A stretch of DNA of 64,000 bases. Origin: a virus (taxonomy: Duplodnaviria > Heunggongvirae > Uroviricota > Caudoviricetes). The translations under genes and the position numbers were made by a program. The notes below the pieces were generated by a model. The model saw only the letters and a program-made list of their open reading frames with translations, had not been told where the DNA came from and did no database searches. Shown here piece after piece: positions 49,770 to 59,810 of the stretch. The number at the start of each line of letters is the position of its first letter. The first letter of the stretch is position 1. The DNA lies in IMG/VR virus record IMGVR_UViG_3300045988_162656; one strand, written 5' to 3'.

Positions 49770-51088
49770 TCTTTATCTCCGATTCGATCTTCGGTATCGC
49801 GTAAGCAACGCGGCCATTTCAGTCGTGGGTGGCGTAAGCTGCCATCAGGTGTTTTCTCGTGACAATGAACCTCGACAATACGACCACGGTACTTCTCTTT
49901 GTTGTTCCAGATCTCGTCCAGATATTTATGCTTAATGCCGCTCGCACGAACGATGACGCCGTTTTCAAGACGAATAACTATTTTTCCAAGCGTGTTGGCA
50001 AAACCAGAGTCCGGGTCGCCCGGCTCAAAATCGATAATTTCACCATCTTCTGAATCTTCGTCTTTTAACTTCCACCAGCTGCGGGTACGTTTAAACTCGT
50101 AAACAGAGTTCGGATCTTTGCCCATCTCCCCTTCTTCGTTATCGTCCAGGCGTTTCATGAAGCGTTCGATGAAGTCTTCGTGGCTATGGATGATATAGAA
50201 CGGATGCAGGTGAATGTCTTGTGTGTAGCCTTCACTGCGATCGTTTTTAAACAACGCCACCAGCATAGCCAGGCGCTCTTTCAGCTTCATACCTGTCTTT
50301 GCATACTCTTTGGATTTAGCCTGTGCTCGCCATTCCGGTAGGAAGAAGTCGAAAACATGATAAATAGCGCCAATTGCCTGCACGTTCTTTTTGCGCAATG
50401 CAGATACGGACTGGTTAAATGAACCGGCAGTTCCTTCACCATCGAAGAAGATGTGTTTGTGGCCTGAAAGTTTGCCTAATTCTAGCATTGCTGGCTTTAG
50501 GTGATCGAGAGACGTGATTGGATTACCAGTACGAGAAAGGAAGTTAACCTCTTCCTCGTCAACAATAACCTCGCAAATTACTCGCAAACCATCGAGCTTA
50601 AGACTGCCAATCATCGGCCATTTTGCTTTAGGATTTGGCTTGAAGGGGTATTTGTCGCCTTTTTCTTTATACGGTGACGCCAGCTGCACCTCGAATTTCG
50701 GAATGGGATTTTCAAAAACCTTGTTGCATAGGCTAATCCCAACACCTGCTTTCGGGTCTTTTAAGAGGAAACGACGGAACACGTCCTGCCCATCGGCGCA
50801 CATTGACGCCACGATAGACTCAACAGCTGCTATTGCTGCGTTCCCCGTTAGCTCGCGAGAGGCCAGCTTATTCAGTACATCAATGGCTTTTTCGTCACTT
50901 GGGATGGACTCACTAAGCGGCTCTGCCACTTTGTATTTCTTTACCCCAAAACGGATGAAAGGGTTGAGCATCAATGAAACCATGCTTTGCTCGAAGTCAT
51001 CCATGTTGGCCAATGCCTCTTTTTTTGCATTGGTTCCCATAGCTTTCATTTCGTCCAGCTTATGCTTAAGTGCGATCAACTTTTTCAT
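49766..51088 (-). CDS. ATP-dependent DNA ligase
   Basis: Adenylation motif I KLDG (SLKLDGLRV) and overall size; SD GGAGG. Confidence 0.75.
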   Translation of the reverse strand: MKKLIALKHKLDEMKAMGTNAKKEALANMDDFEQSMVSLMLNPFIRFGVKKYKVAEPLSESIPSDEKAIDVLNKLASRELTGNAAIAAVESIVASMCADGQDVFRRFLLKDPKAGVGISLCNKVFENPIPKFEVQLASPYKEKGDKYPFKPNPKAKWPMIGSLKLDGLRVICEVIVDEEEVNFLSRTGNPITSLDHLKPAMLELGKLSGHKHIFFDGEGTAGSFNQSVSALRKKNVQAIGAIYHVFDFFLPEWRAQAKSKEYAKTGMKLKERLAMLVALFKNDRSEGYTQDIHLHPFYIIHSHEDFIERFMKRLDDNEEGEMGKDPNSVYEFKRTRSWWKLKDEDSEDGEIIDFEPGDPDSGFANTLGKIVIRLENGVIVRASGIKHKYLDEIWNNKEKYRGRIVEVHCHEKTPDGSLRHPRLKWPRCLRDTEDRIGDKE

Positions 51089-51567
51089 TGTTGTTTTACC
51101 TCCATATGTTGATCGATTTGCTCATGTGTTTCTTTTGTTGTTTCTTCAAGCAACGCCGCATACACGTCAGTGATCGCTGTTTGTGATGTGGTGCTCTTCT
51201 TAACCATGCTATTAATCGTTACACTGTCACGTTTTCGTTTTAAAGTTCTGGCTTGTTTATTCCGTTCTTCAACCTCCTTAATGAGCGCGGTCATATCTTC
51301 GAAATACAGAGATTCTCCTTTACGAATCTCTTCAACCATCATTTTTAACGCCTTGCATTTGCCTGCTTTGATAGCGGTTGCGCACGACTGGAATGAAGTT
51401 CGAGGAAGACGGTTTTCTTTGAAGGCAAGAATGGTGTGCTGGCAAACGGAGTAGCTGCAATATGCCGACTCACCGTTTATCTTTACTTCCTCACAACGAA
51501 GTGAATAACCATTATTTCCTGAAATAGAGGGGATTTTTGACAAATCAGCTTTCACAACTACCGCCAT
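51085..51567 (-). CDS. hypothetical Cys-rich protein (possible zinc-binding)
   Basis: Cys cluster C..C...C......C; start uncertain (no SD). Confidence 0.45.
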   Translation of the reverse strand: MAVVVKADLSKIPSISGNNGYSLRCEEVKINGESAYCSYSVCQHTILAFKENRLPRTSFQSCATAIKAGKCKALKMMVEEIRKGESLYFEDMTALIKEVEERNKQARTLKRKRDSVTINSMVKKSTTSQTAITDVYAALLEETTKETHEQIDQHMEVKQQ

Positions 51568-51622
51568 AAATAATCTTGTACTTACCTATCGTTATTTGCG
51601 TAAAAAACGACGCGCGGAGAGA

Positions 51623-52399
51623 TTACCAACTTCCCCAGCTAATCATCTTGCGCTGATTGCTTTCTAAGCGATAGGGGGCAAGAAGCTCTGTGACATGATT
51701 GGTGGCGTATGATTTAGCCTCTTGCTCTATCATCGGTAATTCGTTAGCAATCCTGACCACCTTCCAAGCAAATTCCGCCATTACGCCATCACATGCCTTC
51801 CCAGCATCAATAACGATATGCACCAGATCCAACTGGCTTTTGCACATGTCGCAAAGAGACGCATACTCACTCTCTCTGATTACATTTACGGCATCATTAG
51901 CCCCTTTATTAAGCAAGACTTCCAACAGATTTTTCGGGGTAACGAAATCTGCTTTCAGAGATAATGTCTTTTCACCACTTATCGAACGCAAGTACTCTTC
52001 GTAGTTATTCTTCATCAAACCGCTGCTGCGCATTGCTAGAACTGCTTCTTGAATGGCCGCTTCAATAGTTTCGTCGTTTGAAAGACAAAAAACGGTATTT
52101 GTGTAGATCACTCTGCCATCAAGCCATGCTCCAACCTGCACTTTAAGACTGAGCGGGTTTTCTTTGCTAATAAAAACAACTAATGCAGAACGTCGTGCAC
52201 AAGAAGGTTCACCCCATACGTGTAACTTAACCTTCAGATAAGGTAGCCCCGGTAGCGGGATCTCGACCAAACGAGTGGCGATATGATCCATTGCTGTTTT
52301 TACCGCTTTTTCAATGATGTCTAGTCGATTGCTCTCGCTGATTTCTAAACCAGTTTTATCAATGATGTCGCAGGCTAATTTCTGAATTTCGTCTTTCAT
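51623..52399 (-). CDS. hypothetical protein
   Basis: ORF track; SD AGGAG. Confidence 0.5.
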   Translation of the reverse strand: MKDEIQKLACDIIDKTGLEISESNRLDIIEKAVKTAMDHIATRLVEIPLPGLPYLKVKLHVWGEPSCARRSALVVFISKENPLSLKVQVGAWLDGRVIYTNTVFCLSNDETIEAAIQEAVLAMRSSGLMKNNYEEYLRSISGEKTLSLKADFVTPKNLLEVLLNKGANDAVNVIRESEYASLCDMCKSQLDLVHIVIDAGKACDGVMAEFAWKVVRIANELPMIEQEAKSYATNHVTELLAPYRLESNQRKMISWGSW

Positions 52400-52474
52400 A
52401 CCAACTCCTAGCTAACAGATGAAAGTATTCTCACAGAAAGATAAGTAATCATCTACTTATTTTAAAGGTGATTG

Positions 52475-53656
52475 TTATGATAGAGCCTTAATGCCCAAAA
52501 CCTTGCTTTGCAACTCCAACTGTTTGGTATACGGTTTTGCCCGATAATAGGCTTTGATAATTTGTTCTGGCGTTGCACCGCCCGGGTCGAGTCCTTCCTC
52601 ACCCAAACACGCAACTTTGACATTAAGACCGATACTGGTCAGTCGCCTGGCTGCGGCCATCGTGTTGCGTATAGCTTGCTTTTCACTATCCCACATCATG
52701 ATCACATTACGTAATCCACGCGCCTTGAGCGTCAGGAACGCGCCCAACTGATCTTCTGCATCCTGAGTGGTGTTGCCAGATAGATGCATCCCGAACGTTC
52801 CTATTGGCTCCACGTAATCACGTAATGTTTCTTCGTCGAAAATAGCTCGTTTGACCCCCATAACATCGAACGCACCCTCACAGACAACTACAGTCTGTTT
52901 GCCGACTGCATTATGGCCGTTGTAGAGAAATTTACCTGAAGCTGGAAGCTGCATAGGAAAGAGGTAGCGGCGTTCTGCTGTACCGGTAATGTCTCGTCCC
53001 TGAAATGTCTTCATTACCCCATCCAGATCGTAAACCGGTATCAGTATTCGCATATCGAATATCTGCCCTTTTACCTGATCTGTATACGGATCTACATAAG
53101 CGTGCTTGCCTTCGACGCAGTATCGTAGGTCAAAATACTTTGCCATTTCAGGTGATATGTTTCGTTCAACCAGATAATCTGGAAGACGGCCATCTATAGG
53201 AAGCTCGTAATGACGAGGGAGTGCAACTGGCCCCTCTAACTCGACTGTGCTTGCAAGCACTAGCTCTTCTTTCTTTGGTGCCCACCCCTGGGAAAGAAGA
53301 GCGTTCTGCACATATTCCTCGAACTGTCGTCGTGATTTACCGCTGTAGTGCTTGAGGAAGACCAGCTTATTGAACTGAATCTCTTCGGGATGATCACCAG
53401 CGAAGCATTTGCCGACGCCACTGGTCAGATTGAAATATACCTTCCAGTTGGAGCTGCCGCATACCGGACACTCCTTGATATTCACTTCACGACCGCGAGT
53501 ACTCACGCCTCCACGTCGATAAACGATACCTTCAGTATCCAACCATTGTTCAAAATCTAATTCGGCAATTAGCTCTTTCAGCTCGCTCACGATAATTCCA
53601 CTTTTAACAGGCAATATTGTGACCAATCTAAATGTTGATATAACATAAAGGCTCAT
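52475..53656 (-). CDS. DNA primase (zinc-ribbon + TOPRIM)
   Basis: Zinc ribbon CPVCGSS...KCFAGDH and TOPRIM-like VVVCEGAFDVMGV; start set at MSLYV with conserved initiation region; ORF track 52475..53728 trimmed. Confidence 0.8.
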   Translation of the reverse strand: MSLYVISTFRLVTILPVKSGIIVSELKELIAELDFEQWLDTEGIVYRRGGVSTRGREVNIKECPVCGSSNWKVYFNLTSGVGKCFAGDHPEEIQFNKLVFLKHYSGKSRRQFEEYVQNALLSQGWAPKKEELVLASTVELEGPVALPRHYELPIDGRLPDYLVERNISPEMAKYFDLRYCVEGKHAYVDPYTDQVKGQIFDMRILIPVYDLDGVMKTFQGRDITGTAERRYLFPMQLPASGKFLYNGHNAVGKQTVVVCEGAFDVMGVKRAIFDEETLRDYVEPIGTFGMHLSGNTTQDAEDQLGAFLTLKARGLRNVIMMWDSEKQAIRNTMAAARRLTSIGLNVKVACLGEEGLDPGGATPEQIIKAYYRAKPYTKQLELQSKVLGIKALS

Positions 53657-53737
53657 GTGTTTTTCTTTTGTGGTTTGGCAAAAGAAAAGTTGTTTCACCA
53701 ATGAATCAAGCGTGGAGGTGTTCTCCACGCTTATTTT

Positions 53738-55078
53738 TTAGGTAACGTCTAAGATTCGCTCAATGAAGCGCATTTGTTCGAGGTTTTGTTTAACGCGAAT
53801 GCTGATCCCTCCCTGCTGGTTACGTGAACCAGCAAAGTAGAGACGAGCCTCTCCTTTCGCTTCTTCTTCTTCGGTTTTGTTGATCGTTATTACCAGGTCA
53901 GCAATACGTACTTTTTCGATGTTGTCGGCAGCGTGCATCATTGTGGCAACTTCTGACGCGCCACCTTCACGGTTTGTCTGCGATGCCGTGATCCCAGCAA
54001 CGTTATGCTTGTCATAAAGAGCACGTAAATCGGTGTAGATACTACGAATGTTGGCGCGATCATCACGAAGGTCATAACTGGCACGCATCAAATCTGCGTA
54101 GTCGACAACAACCATGTCAGGCACCATGCCGTTGGCTTTCATGCTGTTAAGCATACGGTCCAGATCTGCCGGTGACATACTTCCTGACGGACGCTCAACC
54201 ACCCACAAACTACCAATCCCCTTCGTGGCTCCCAACTCTGCCAACTTACGATGAACCTCATCGCGCCGTTCCACCAGCTTGGACATTTCTGTCTCCGACA
54301 ATCTTGCATCAAAACGGTCGGATAAAATGGTGGTGTGAACCTCCAGCGAGAGATACAGAACATTGTAGCCAGCAAGCGTTGCGTTTATGGAAAACTCACC
54401 CATTGCGGTCGATTTACCGGATTTAGCGAACCCCATGAAGAGCACCATTTCACGCTTCGCCCAGCCTTTTTGGTACAGCAACCTATCGAGCAGAGGGAGT
54501 CCAGTTGTAATGCTGTTTGGCACATACTCCTCTGAAGCCTCATATTCACGCGCTTTCAATCGCTCACTTGCGGAGGTGTAGTAGTCATAGATTCCGGTCG
54601 CTTCGTTCGATCCAATCTGCTGAACCTTAGCCATGATTGCCATCGCTCCCTGAAAGTCGCCTTTCTCTTTCAGTTCAGCAGCCTTAATCAGAGCATCATC
54701 AAACGCTACACTTTTTGCGAAGGTTGATACCTGGTCAACCATGTACGAGGTATCGGACAATTTTTCTGCAAGAATGCGCTTAAACGCAGCAACAACATCG
54801 GCGAATAGTTCCTCACGGATAGTCTTATCGCGTTTCGCACGCTTAAGCATATCCAGAATTGCAGATGAAGAGGGCGCGCTCTTGTACATACGGTAATAGC
54901 CCGAAACCATATTAACCAATATGGCATTGGCCGCATTGGCAAATTGGCTAGGCACAACCAGATCTCCCGCACGAGTAAGAAACTCGTGATCACGACAAAA
55001 ATATGCCGTCAGTCTGTTCTGGAAATCTTCATCAAACTCTTCGGACAGCCCGCGTCCTGTATGGCAAAGTTCTGTCAT
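53738..55078 (-). CDS. DnaB-like replicative helicase
   Basis: Walker A GFAKSGKST and downstream RecA-fold blocks; conserved initiation region. Confidence 0.8.
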   Translation of the reverse strand: MTELCHTGRGLSEEFDEDFQNRLTAYFCRDHEFLTRAGDLVVPSQFANAANAILVNMVSGYYRMYKSAPSSSAILDMLKRAKRDKTIREELFADVVAAFKRILAEKLSDTSYMVDQVSTFAKSVAFDDALIKAAELKEKGDFQGAMAIMAKVQQIGSNEATGIYDYYTSASERLKAREYEASEEYVPNSITTGLPLLDRLLYQKGWAKREMVLFMGFAKSGKSTAMGEFSINATLAGYNVLYLSLEVHTTILSDRFDARLSETEMSKLVERRDEVHRKLAELGATKGIGSLWVVERPSGSMSPADLDRMLNSMKANGMVPDMVVVDYADLMRASYDLRDDRANIRSIYTDLRALYDKHNVAGITASQTNREGGASEVATMMHAADNIEKVRIADLVITINKTEEEEAKGEARLYFAGSRNQQGGISIRVKQNLEQMRFIERILDVT

Positions 55079-55121
55079 GTGCTTTCCTTTGTTTTTTAAA
55101 CAAATTGTTTTCTAGTATTAG

Positions 55122-55862
55122 TTAATTAGATAGGGGATCAATAAACCGCCGTGCTTCTTCCAGTTCTTCTGGAAAGTGGGCGGAAATAAGGCGCTCTGGA
55201 ACGATTTCCATTAGCCAGATAGCGGAGAAAATTGCGCGTATGCGCTTGCTGCGAGGGATGGTGCGCAAACACTCCAGAATCCACTCAAAATAGCTTTCCT
55301 GAATCGGGTTGAACTGCATGTCTCCCATATGCTTAAAGCTAACAAGAGAGTCATCCAGACGGGTTGTTGCGCGTCTGGCTAATTTCTCTTCGAATATCTC
55401 AACCAGCTCTGGCTGCCACAAATGCTGTGGGCGCGGCAGCTTGTCCCACAGCCGTCGTGCAGCTGCGGAAAGAACGGTGGAGATAAAGTAGTCGTATGAG
55501 CAGCAATAGCGGTCAGCAAACTGGCGTGCTTTCCATAGAGACGTTTTATTGGCAGTCGACAACTCCTGATAAGGCAGGCGTTTTAACCCGGTGGTGAACG
55601 GAGCTGTTTCAAAGTGTTCGCGACCGTGCGTCAGCATGATATTTGAGTACTGACGTTTGTATGCCTCCGTAAACAGACAGGTGGCCATAAGAGGATGCAT
55701 GTCTCGGTAATCAAACCACTTCGTCTCGAAGAGTTCAGCCTCGTCTTTACAGCGCGACAAACCAATGTTTTCAGCGACCCACTTGTCCATAACAGCGGTA
55801 TTCCACTCTGTCATGAAGTCGTACTGGTCGTTGTCGATGGTATCGAAAAAGATTTGGCTCAT
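55122..55862 (-). CDS. hypothetical protein (possible helicase-associated replication factor)
   Basis: ORF track; GTG at 55871 rejected in favour of ATG 55862 with SD AGGTGA. Confidence 0.5.
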   Translation of the reverse strand: MSQIFFDTIDNDQYDFMTEWNTAVMDKWVAENIGLSRCKDEAELFETKWFDYRDMHPLMATCLFTEAYKRQYSNIMLTHGREHFETAPFTTGLKRLPYQELSTANKTSLWKARQFADRYCCSYDYFISTVLSAAARRLWDKLPRPQHLWQPELVEIFEEKLARRATTRLDDSLVSFKHMGDMQFNPIQESYFEWILECLRTIPRSKRIRAIFSAIWLMEIVPERLISAHFPEELEEARRFIDPLSN

Positions 55863-56136
55863 GTGGCTCACCTGGTAGGTAGTTACTTACTTATCACAAT
55901 GGACGGATGATAGCGACTGGTGTCAGTTTTTGGAAGTGAAAACGGAAGGGAGTTGTTCTGGTGGTGTCTTTTAAAAGACCTGCTTCCGTATATATTTAAT
56001 AAGTTACTTATTATTTATATACAGAAACAGGCTCCTAATGGATACCAAGAACAACATAATTTGACTCCAACTCCAGATGCTATGTCATTGACAGATTTAT
56101 CAAGGGAGATCATGTTAGAATTAGTGTTTTAGCCTC

Positions 56137-57210
56137 GTGGATATTGTCACCATGCGCATGAATAGACTTCCAGGATATGGCCTTCCCGAACTGGCTTTTT
56201 GGCCTCAGCCTAAATATGAACGGAATAAATGGTCGATGTTCTGTCTGAAACTCCGTAATGATGGAACCCTTGCTTGGTATCGGCGATATGTTGATCGTGG
56301 TATGCCAAACCACGCTGTTGATGACGACTACGATAACTATCCTGAAGCAAGAAAAGCGGCATTAGAGCTGAATAAAAACGTGAGCTTTGACATTGAAAAA
56401 CTTCCTCTATCTATGTTTCAAAAGAAGTCATTGCGTTTGAAAGTTGACAAAGCACTCAAAGCCAAATCACGTCTCATGGATGAAGAGTATATAATGCTCA
56501 ACGAAGCAATTAAGGCACACGCCAACGATCCGCGAGTGACATTAAATGAGTTAATAATTAACCCAGATTACGAAACTTTGCGTCAACCCCTTTTTGACGT
56601 GCTAAGCGAGATGCCTTACTTACATTTTGTTTTTCTTCCCAAATTCCAAGTTTCACTTCAACTCGTTGCTCCTAACACTTGGGAATGTTCATATAACAAC
56701 AAAGCTAAGACAGCGAAGATCTGCTACCAAGAACGCATAGCCAGAGGTTTTGGTTTATCAGGTGCTGCACATTGGGGAAAAACAAAAGCGACTATTCGCT
56801 CAATGCTTCTGCCGCGTGCTAACCGGTTACTGCAACTCGCCAGCGTAAAAAGAATGCTGGATGAAGCTCTCAGGAATGGGCAAAAGGTACTGGTTGTTGG
56901 CAACTTTGTTTTCTGGTTTGAGGACAAAAATCAGGTAGGTTGGAGTGTTAAAGTTGCTAGCGAAAGCGAAACCACCTCAAGAGGCAATACGCTCTGGAAA
57001 GAAGGAACTATCATTTCAAAAAATCACGGTCGAATTGTCGTGCTGCCGTATACAAAAGAAAACGGTAAACATGTAAAAGGTTATACCAAGAATGCCCCTA
57101 ACGACGGCAATGCAATTCCGAGACATAAGGATGAGTATGTTGAGTTGCCCTTTGAAATTTTGGATGGTGACTTGATGTTCAGTCTGTTCGGTGAGCTTAA
57201 CTACGAATAG
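56137..57210 (+). CDS. hypothetical protein (plus-strand, opposite to surrounding operons)
   Basis: ORF track; start ambiguous (GTG 56137 or ATG 56152/56158); preceded by a 6-codon ORF with strong SD. Confidence 0.45.
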   Translation: MDIVTMRMNRLPGYGLPELAFWPQPKYERNKWSMFCLKLRNDGTLAWYRRYVDRGMPNHAVDDDYDNYPEARKAALELNKNVSFDIEKLPLSMFQKKSLRLKVDKALKAKSRLMDEEYIMLNEAIKAHANDPRVTLNELIINPDYETLRQPLFDVLSEMPYLHFVFLPKFQVSLQLVAPNTWECSYNNKAKTAKICYQERIARGFGLSGAAHWGKTKATIRSMLLPRANRLLQLASVKRMLDEALRNGQKVLVVGNFVFWFEDKNQVGWSVKVASESETTSRGNTLWKEGTIISKNHGRIVVLPYTKENGKHVKGYTKNAPNDGNAIPRHKDEYVELPFEILDGDLMFSLFGELNYE

Positions 57211-57270
57211 CTTTCATAGAACGAAATATTTCTAAGGCTGTCCAATGCAGACCAGCCTTAGAGATTTATA

Positions 57271-57630
57271 TCAACCTTTCTTCATTAACTCGCGTTTAAT
57301 TTCATCGGTACGCATCGTGACATCGGCAGCAGTGATCGCCTCGTTAAGCTTCACGATGTCCTCGATTTCCTGCGGTGACTTCTCTGCCAGATGGAAAATA
57401 GCAGCACGAATCACATCAGAGCGGGTGAATTTCTCGAAGCGAGGGATGAACTTCATCATCTCCAGCAGTTCGAAGTATTCGTCCTCCAGTGACATTGTGC
57501 GGCTTTTAATTTTCTCTTTGCCACGAGTCGGGCGTCCCTGTGGTCTGACTGGTTGGCGCAAAGGAGTTGTGTTCTTAGCCGGTGCATCAGACTCTTTGCG
57601 CTTTGCTAGGTCACCCATTTTCATGGACAT
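57271..57630 (-). CDS. ribbon-helix-helix partition protein (ParG/ParB-like)
   Basis: C-terminal RHH-like segment FTRSDVIRAAIFHL; immediately downstream of parA, TAATG overlap. Confidence 0.5.
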   Translation of the reverse strand: MSMKMGDLAKRKESDAPAKNTTPLRQPVRPQGRPTRGKEKIKSRTMSLEDEYFELLEMMKFIPRFEKFTRSDVIRAAIFHLAEKSPQEIEDIVKLNEAITAADVTMRTDEIKRELMKKG

Positions 57631-58298
57631 TATTCTTCTTCCTCCAGACTCAACAGATAATCTACAAATTCTTCAAACTCGGCTTCCGCCTTTTTGTCGC
57701 GCTCGCTACCGGTCATTTCAAAGATAGAACGACCAGACTCTTCCGCATCATCATAGACGTTGCGGTTATATAGATTGACTGGCGCAGACTCGATGCCAAA
57801 CGTCTCAACAATCTCTTTAGCCGCCAGAATGCGAGACACTTGTGATGGCAAAGCCGGGCACTGGTTCATGACCGCGCGGACCTTCACTTTATCGTTTACA
57901 TTGCGAACATTGTCGATAATAGGATCGATGTCACGTAAAGATTTCAAATCACGACGCTTAGGACGCAGCGGGATAATGATAACGTCAGCCATCAGCATCG
58001 CTTGTCGCTGAATTTCGGAGTCGAAGCCACCAGCATCTACCACTACAAACTCAGCTCTACCCTGAAGCGATTTTAGGTGCTTAATGATGTCATCCTGAAC
58101 GTATGCAAAAGGAATCAGCTCAAGGTCTTCGTTCTGTCGACGGTCTTCACACCAGCTCGTTGTCGTGCGCTGAATATCTATATCGGTAATATAAACCTTC
58201 TTCTTCTTTTTGACTTTCAGGCAAACGGCAATTTGCTGGGCAACGGTGGATTTGCCAGGCCCGCCCTTTGTGCCGCCAACCACAAAGATCTTGGTCAT
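57630..58298 (-). CDS. parA: ParA-family partition ATPase (small, type Ib)
   Basis: Deviant Walker A GGTKGGPGKST; 222 aa. Confidence 0.8.
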   Translation of the reverse strand: MTKIFVVGGTKGGPGKSTVAQQIAVCLKVKKKKKVYITDIDIQRTTTSWCEDRRQNEDLELIPFAYVQDDIIKHLKSLQGRAEFVVVDAGGFDSEIQRQAMLMADVIIIPLRPKRRDLKSLRDIDPIIDNVRNVNDKVKVRAVMNQCPALPSQVSRILAAKEIVETFGIESAPVNLYNRNVYDDAEESGRSIFEMTGSERDKKAEAEFEEFVDYLLSLEEEE

Positions 58299-58424
58299 TG
58301 GAGAGTTTCCTTTGCGTCTATTATTATTGTCTGAAACAACTTGTTTTCTTATATGTGATATAGCCTAAATGCCTACGGCTGCTGTGTAAAGGTTTAATGA
58401 TAGGTACATAGATTTGGTAAGGAC

Positions 58425-58456
58425 TTAATAACAAAAAACCCGCCGTAGCGGGTTTA
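58425..58456 (-). terminator. rho-independent terminator upstream of the par operon
   Basis: Stem AAACCCGC/GCGGGTTT then TTTGTTATT on minus strand. Confidence 0.75.
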
Positions 58457-58460
58457 GGAA

Positions 58461-59237
58461 TTAGTGGTTGGTAGACCTGGCATCAAATGTTGTAACGCCC
58501 ACTTCAATGTGGCGGTCTTCTTTGGAGATGATGGTGAGAATCTGACTAGATGGGTCTATGCTGACAGCCATAGGGTTCCAGTGACGTAACTGAGCCTCGC
58601 TGTTCAATAGCAGCGCATCCCACGGTTTGACGCCATTCTGCCCAATACCACCTTCAACAAGGACATCTATAAATTCTTTATTTAAATTGTCATAGATTTG
58701 GACACGACCGACCAAAAGCATACCTACAGCCCAAATTCTGGCACCGTAAACCGTCTGATGGTCATCACATACTACATGGTCATGCCAATTGAGAAGAAAA
58801 TTGTAAACTCTTCTAGCAAGTCCCTTTTGTTCCTTTGAAGGGGTTACAAATGCCCCTTTAATCTGGACCCCAAGGTGAGAGCCTTTTTGTGAGCGAAACT
58901 GGAATCGTTTGTAGACGAACCTGGCGATCTGAATGCCGTCATCATCTTCTTGCTCATCACCAACTAATTCACGAACACTATGAACTATCTCTTCTTCTGA
59001 ATGCCCCTGCTCGTCAAGATCCATTGCATGTTCTTGAAGCCAATCTGCATCAGGGTCGCCTACAAATGACACTGTCAAACAGTAATCATAATTAGACCCG
59101 ATCAAGGACCACTCTGTGAGCCGTAAAACAGAAAAATCAGAGTTAACCATGTAGCCAACTCTGATTTTCTCTCTTGCTTCACATTCAGGGAAATCAGACA
59201 GTACTTTTGAATACTCTGCTATGAATGATGGTGACAT
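58461..59237 (-). CDS. hypothetical protein
   Basis: ORF track; followed by a strong terminator. Confidence 0.5.
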   Translation of the reverse strand: MSPSFIAEYSKVLSDFPECEAREKIRVGYMVNSDFSVLRLTEWSLIGSNYDYCLTVSFVGDPDADWLQEHAMDLDEQGHSEEEIVHSVRELVGDEQEDDDGIQIARFVYKRFQFRSQKGSHLGVQIKGAFVTPSKEQKGLARRVYNFLLNWHDHVVCDDHQTVYGARIWAVGMLLVGRVQIYDNLNKEFIDVLVEGGIGQNGVKPWDALLLNSEAQLRHWNPMAVSIDPSSQILTIISKEDRHIEVGVTTFDARSTNH

Positions 59238-59636
59238 TTAGTTAGCAAGCCGCATATCCGTAGATGAATCCAGTTTCGCTATTTTAACATCTACGCGGTA
59301 TTTATCTTTGATAAATTTAGCTATTTTGCTTTCAATCTCATAGAAAGCATCCTGTTCACAACGCACAACATCGGGAAACTGTTTTTCTGGCTTAACAAGA
59401 AAACGTAACCGATTGTTGAGCACCATCATTTCTGCAAACAATTTGATGGTAAACTTGCCTTCTTCAACGTCACTTTTAAGGTTAACGATGAAACGCTGAT
59501 CCTTAAGCATACCCGGTTTGTTCATTTCACGAATTTGGAGCGAGTCATTCCAATGCCGCAACGGAACCGATGCGATCATCTTGGTACAGTCTCTTATCGT
59601 CTGAATAGAACGAGATGCGTTAAGCGCAGTATGCAT
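59238..59636 (-). CDS. hypothetical protein
   Basis: ORF track; SD AAGGTGGAAAC. Confidence 0.5.
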   Translation of the reverse strand: MHTALNASRSIQTIRDCTKMIASVPLRHWNDSLQIREMNKPGMLKDQRFIVNLKSDVEEGKFTIKLFAEMMVLNNRLRFLVKPEKQFPDVVRCEQDAFYEIESKIAKFIKDKYRVDVKIAKLDSSTDMRLAN

Positions 59637-59810
59637 GTTTCCACCTTAGCCGGTAATAACTTTATGTCATAGCGGCGACCTTGTCGGTTTAGAGGCTACG
59701 AGTATGCGTCGATTTATTAAAACAAGGTATGATTTACTTGACATCCATGCTTCAAATCTACCTTGTGCTCTAATAATATGCAAATTTTATGTTAGAAAAT
59801 TCCGCTTTTA

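Noticed and set aside
59737-59790. TTGACA hexamer upstream of the lysis cassette considered as a sigma70 promoter
   Set aside because: No acceptable -10 element at 16-18 bp spacing on either strand
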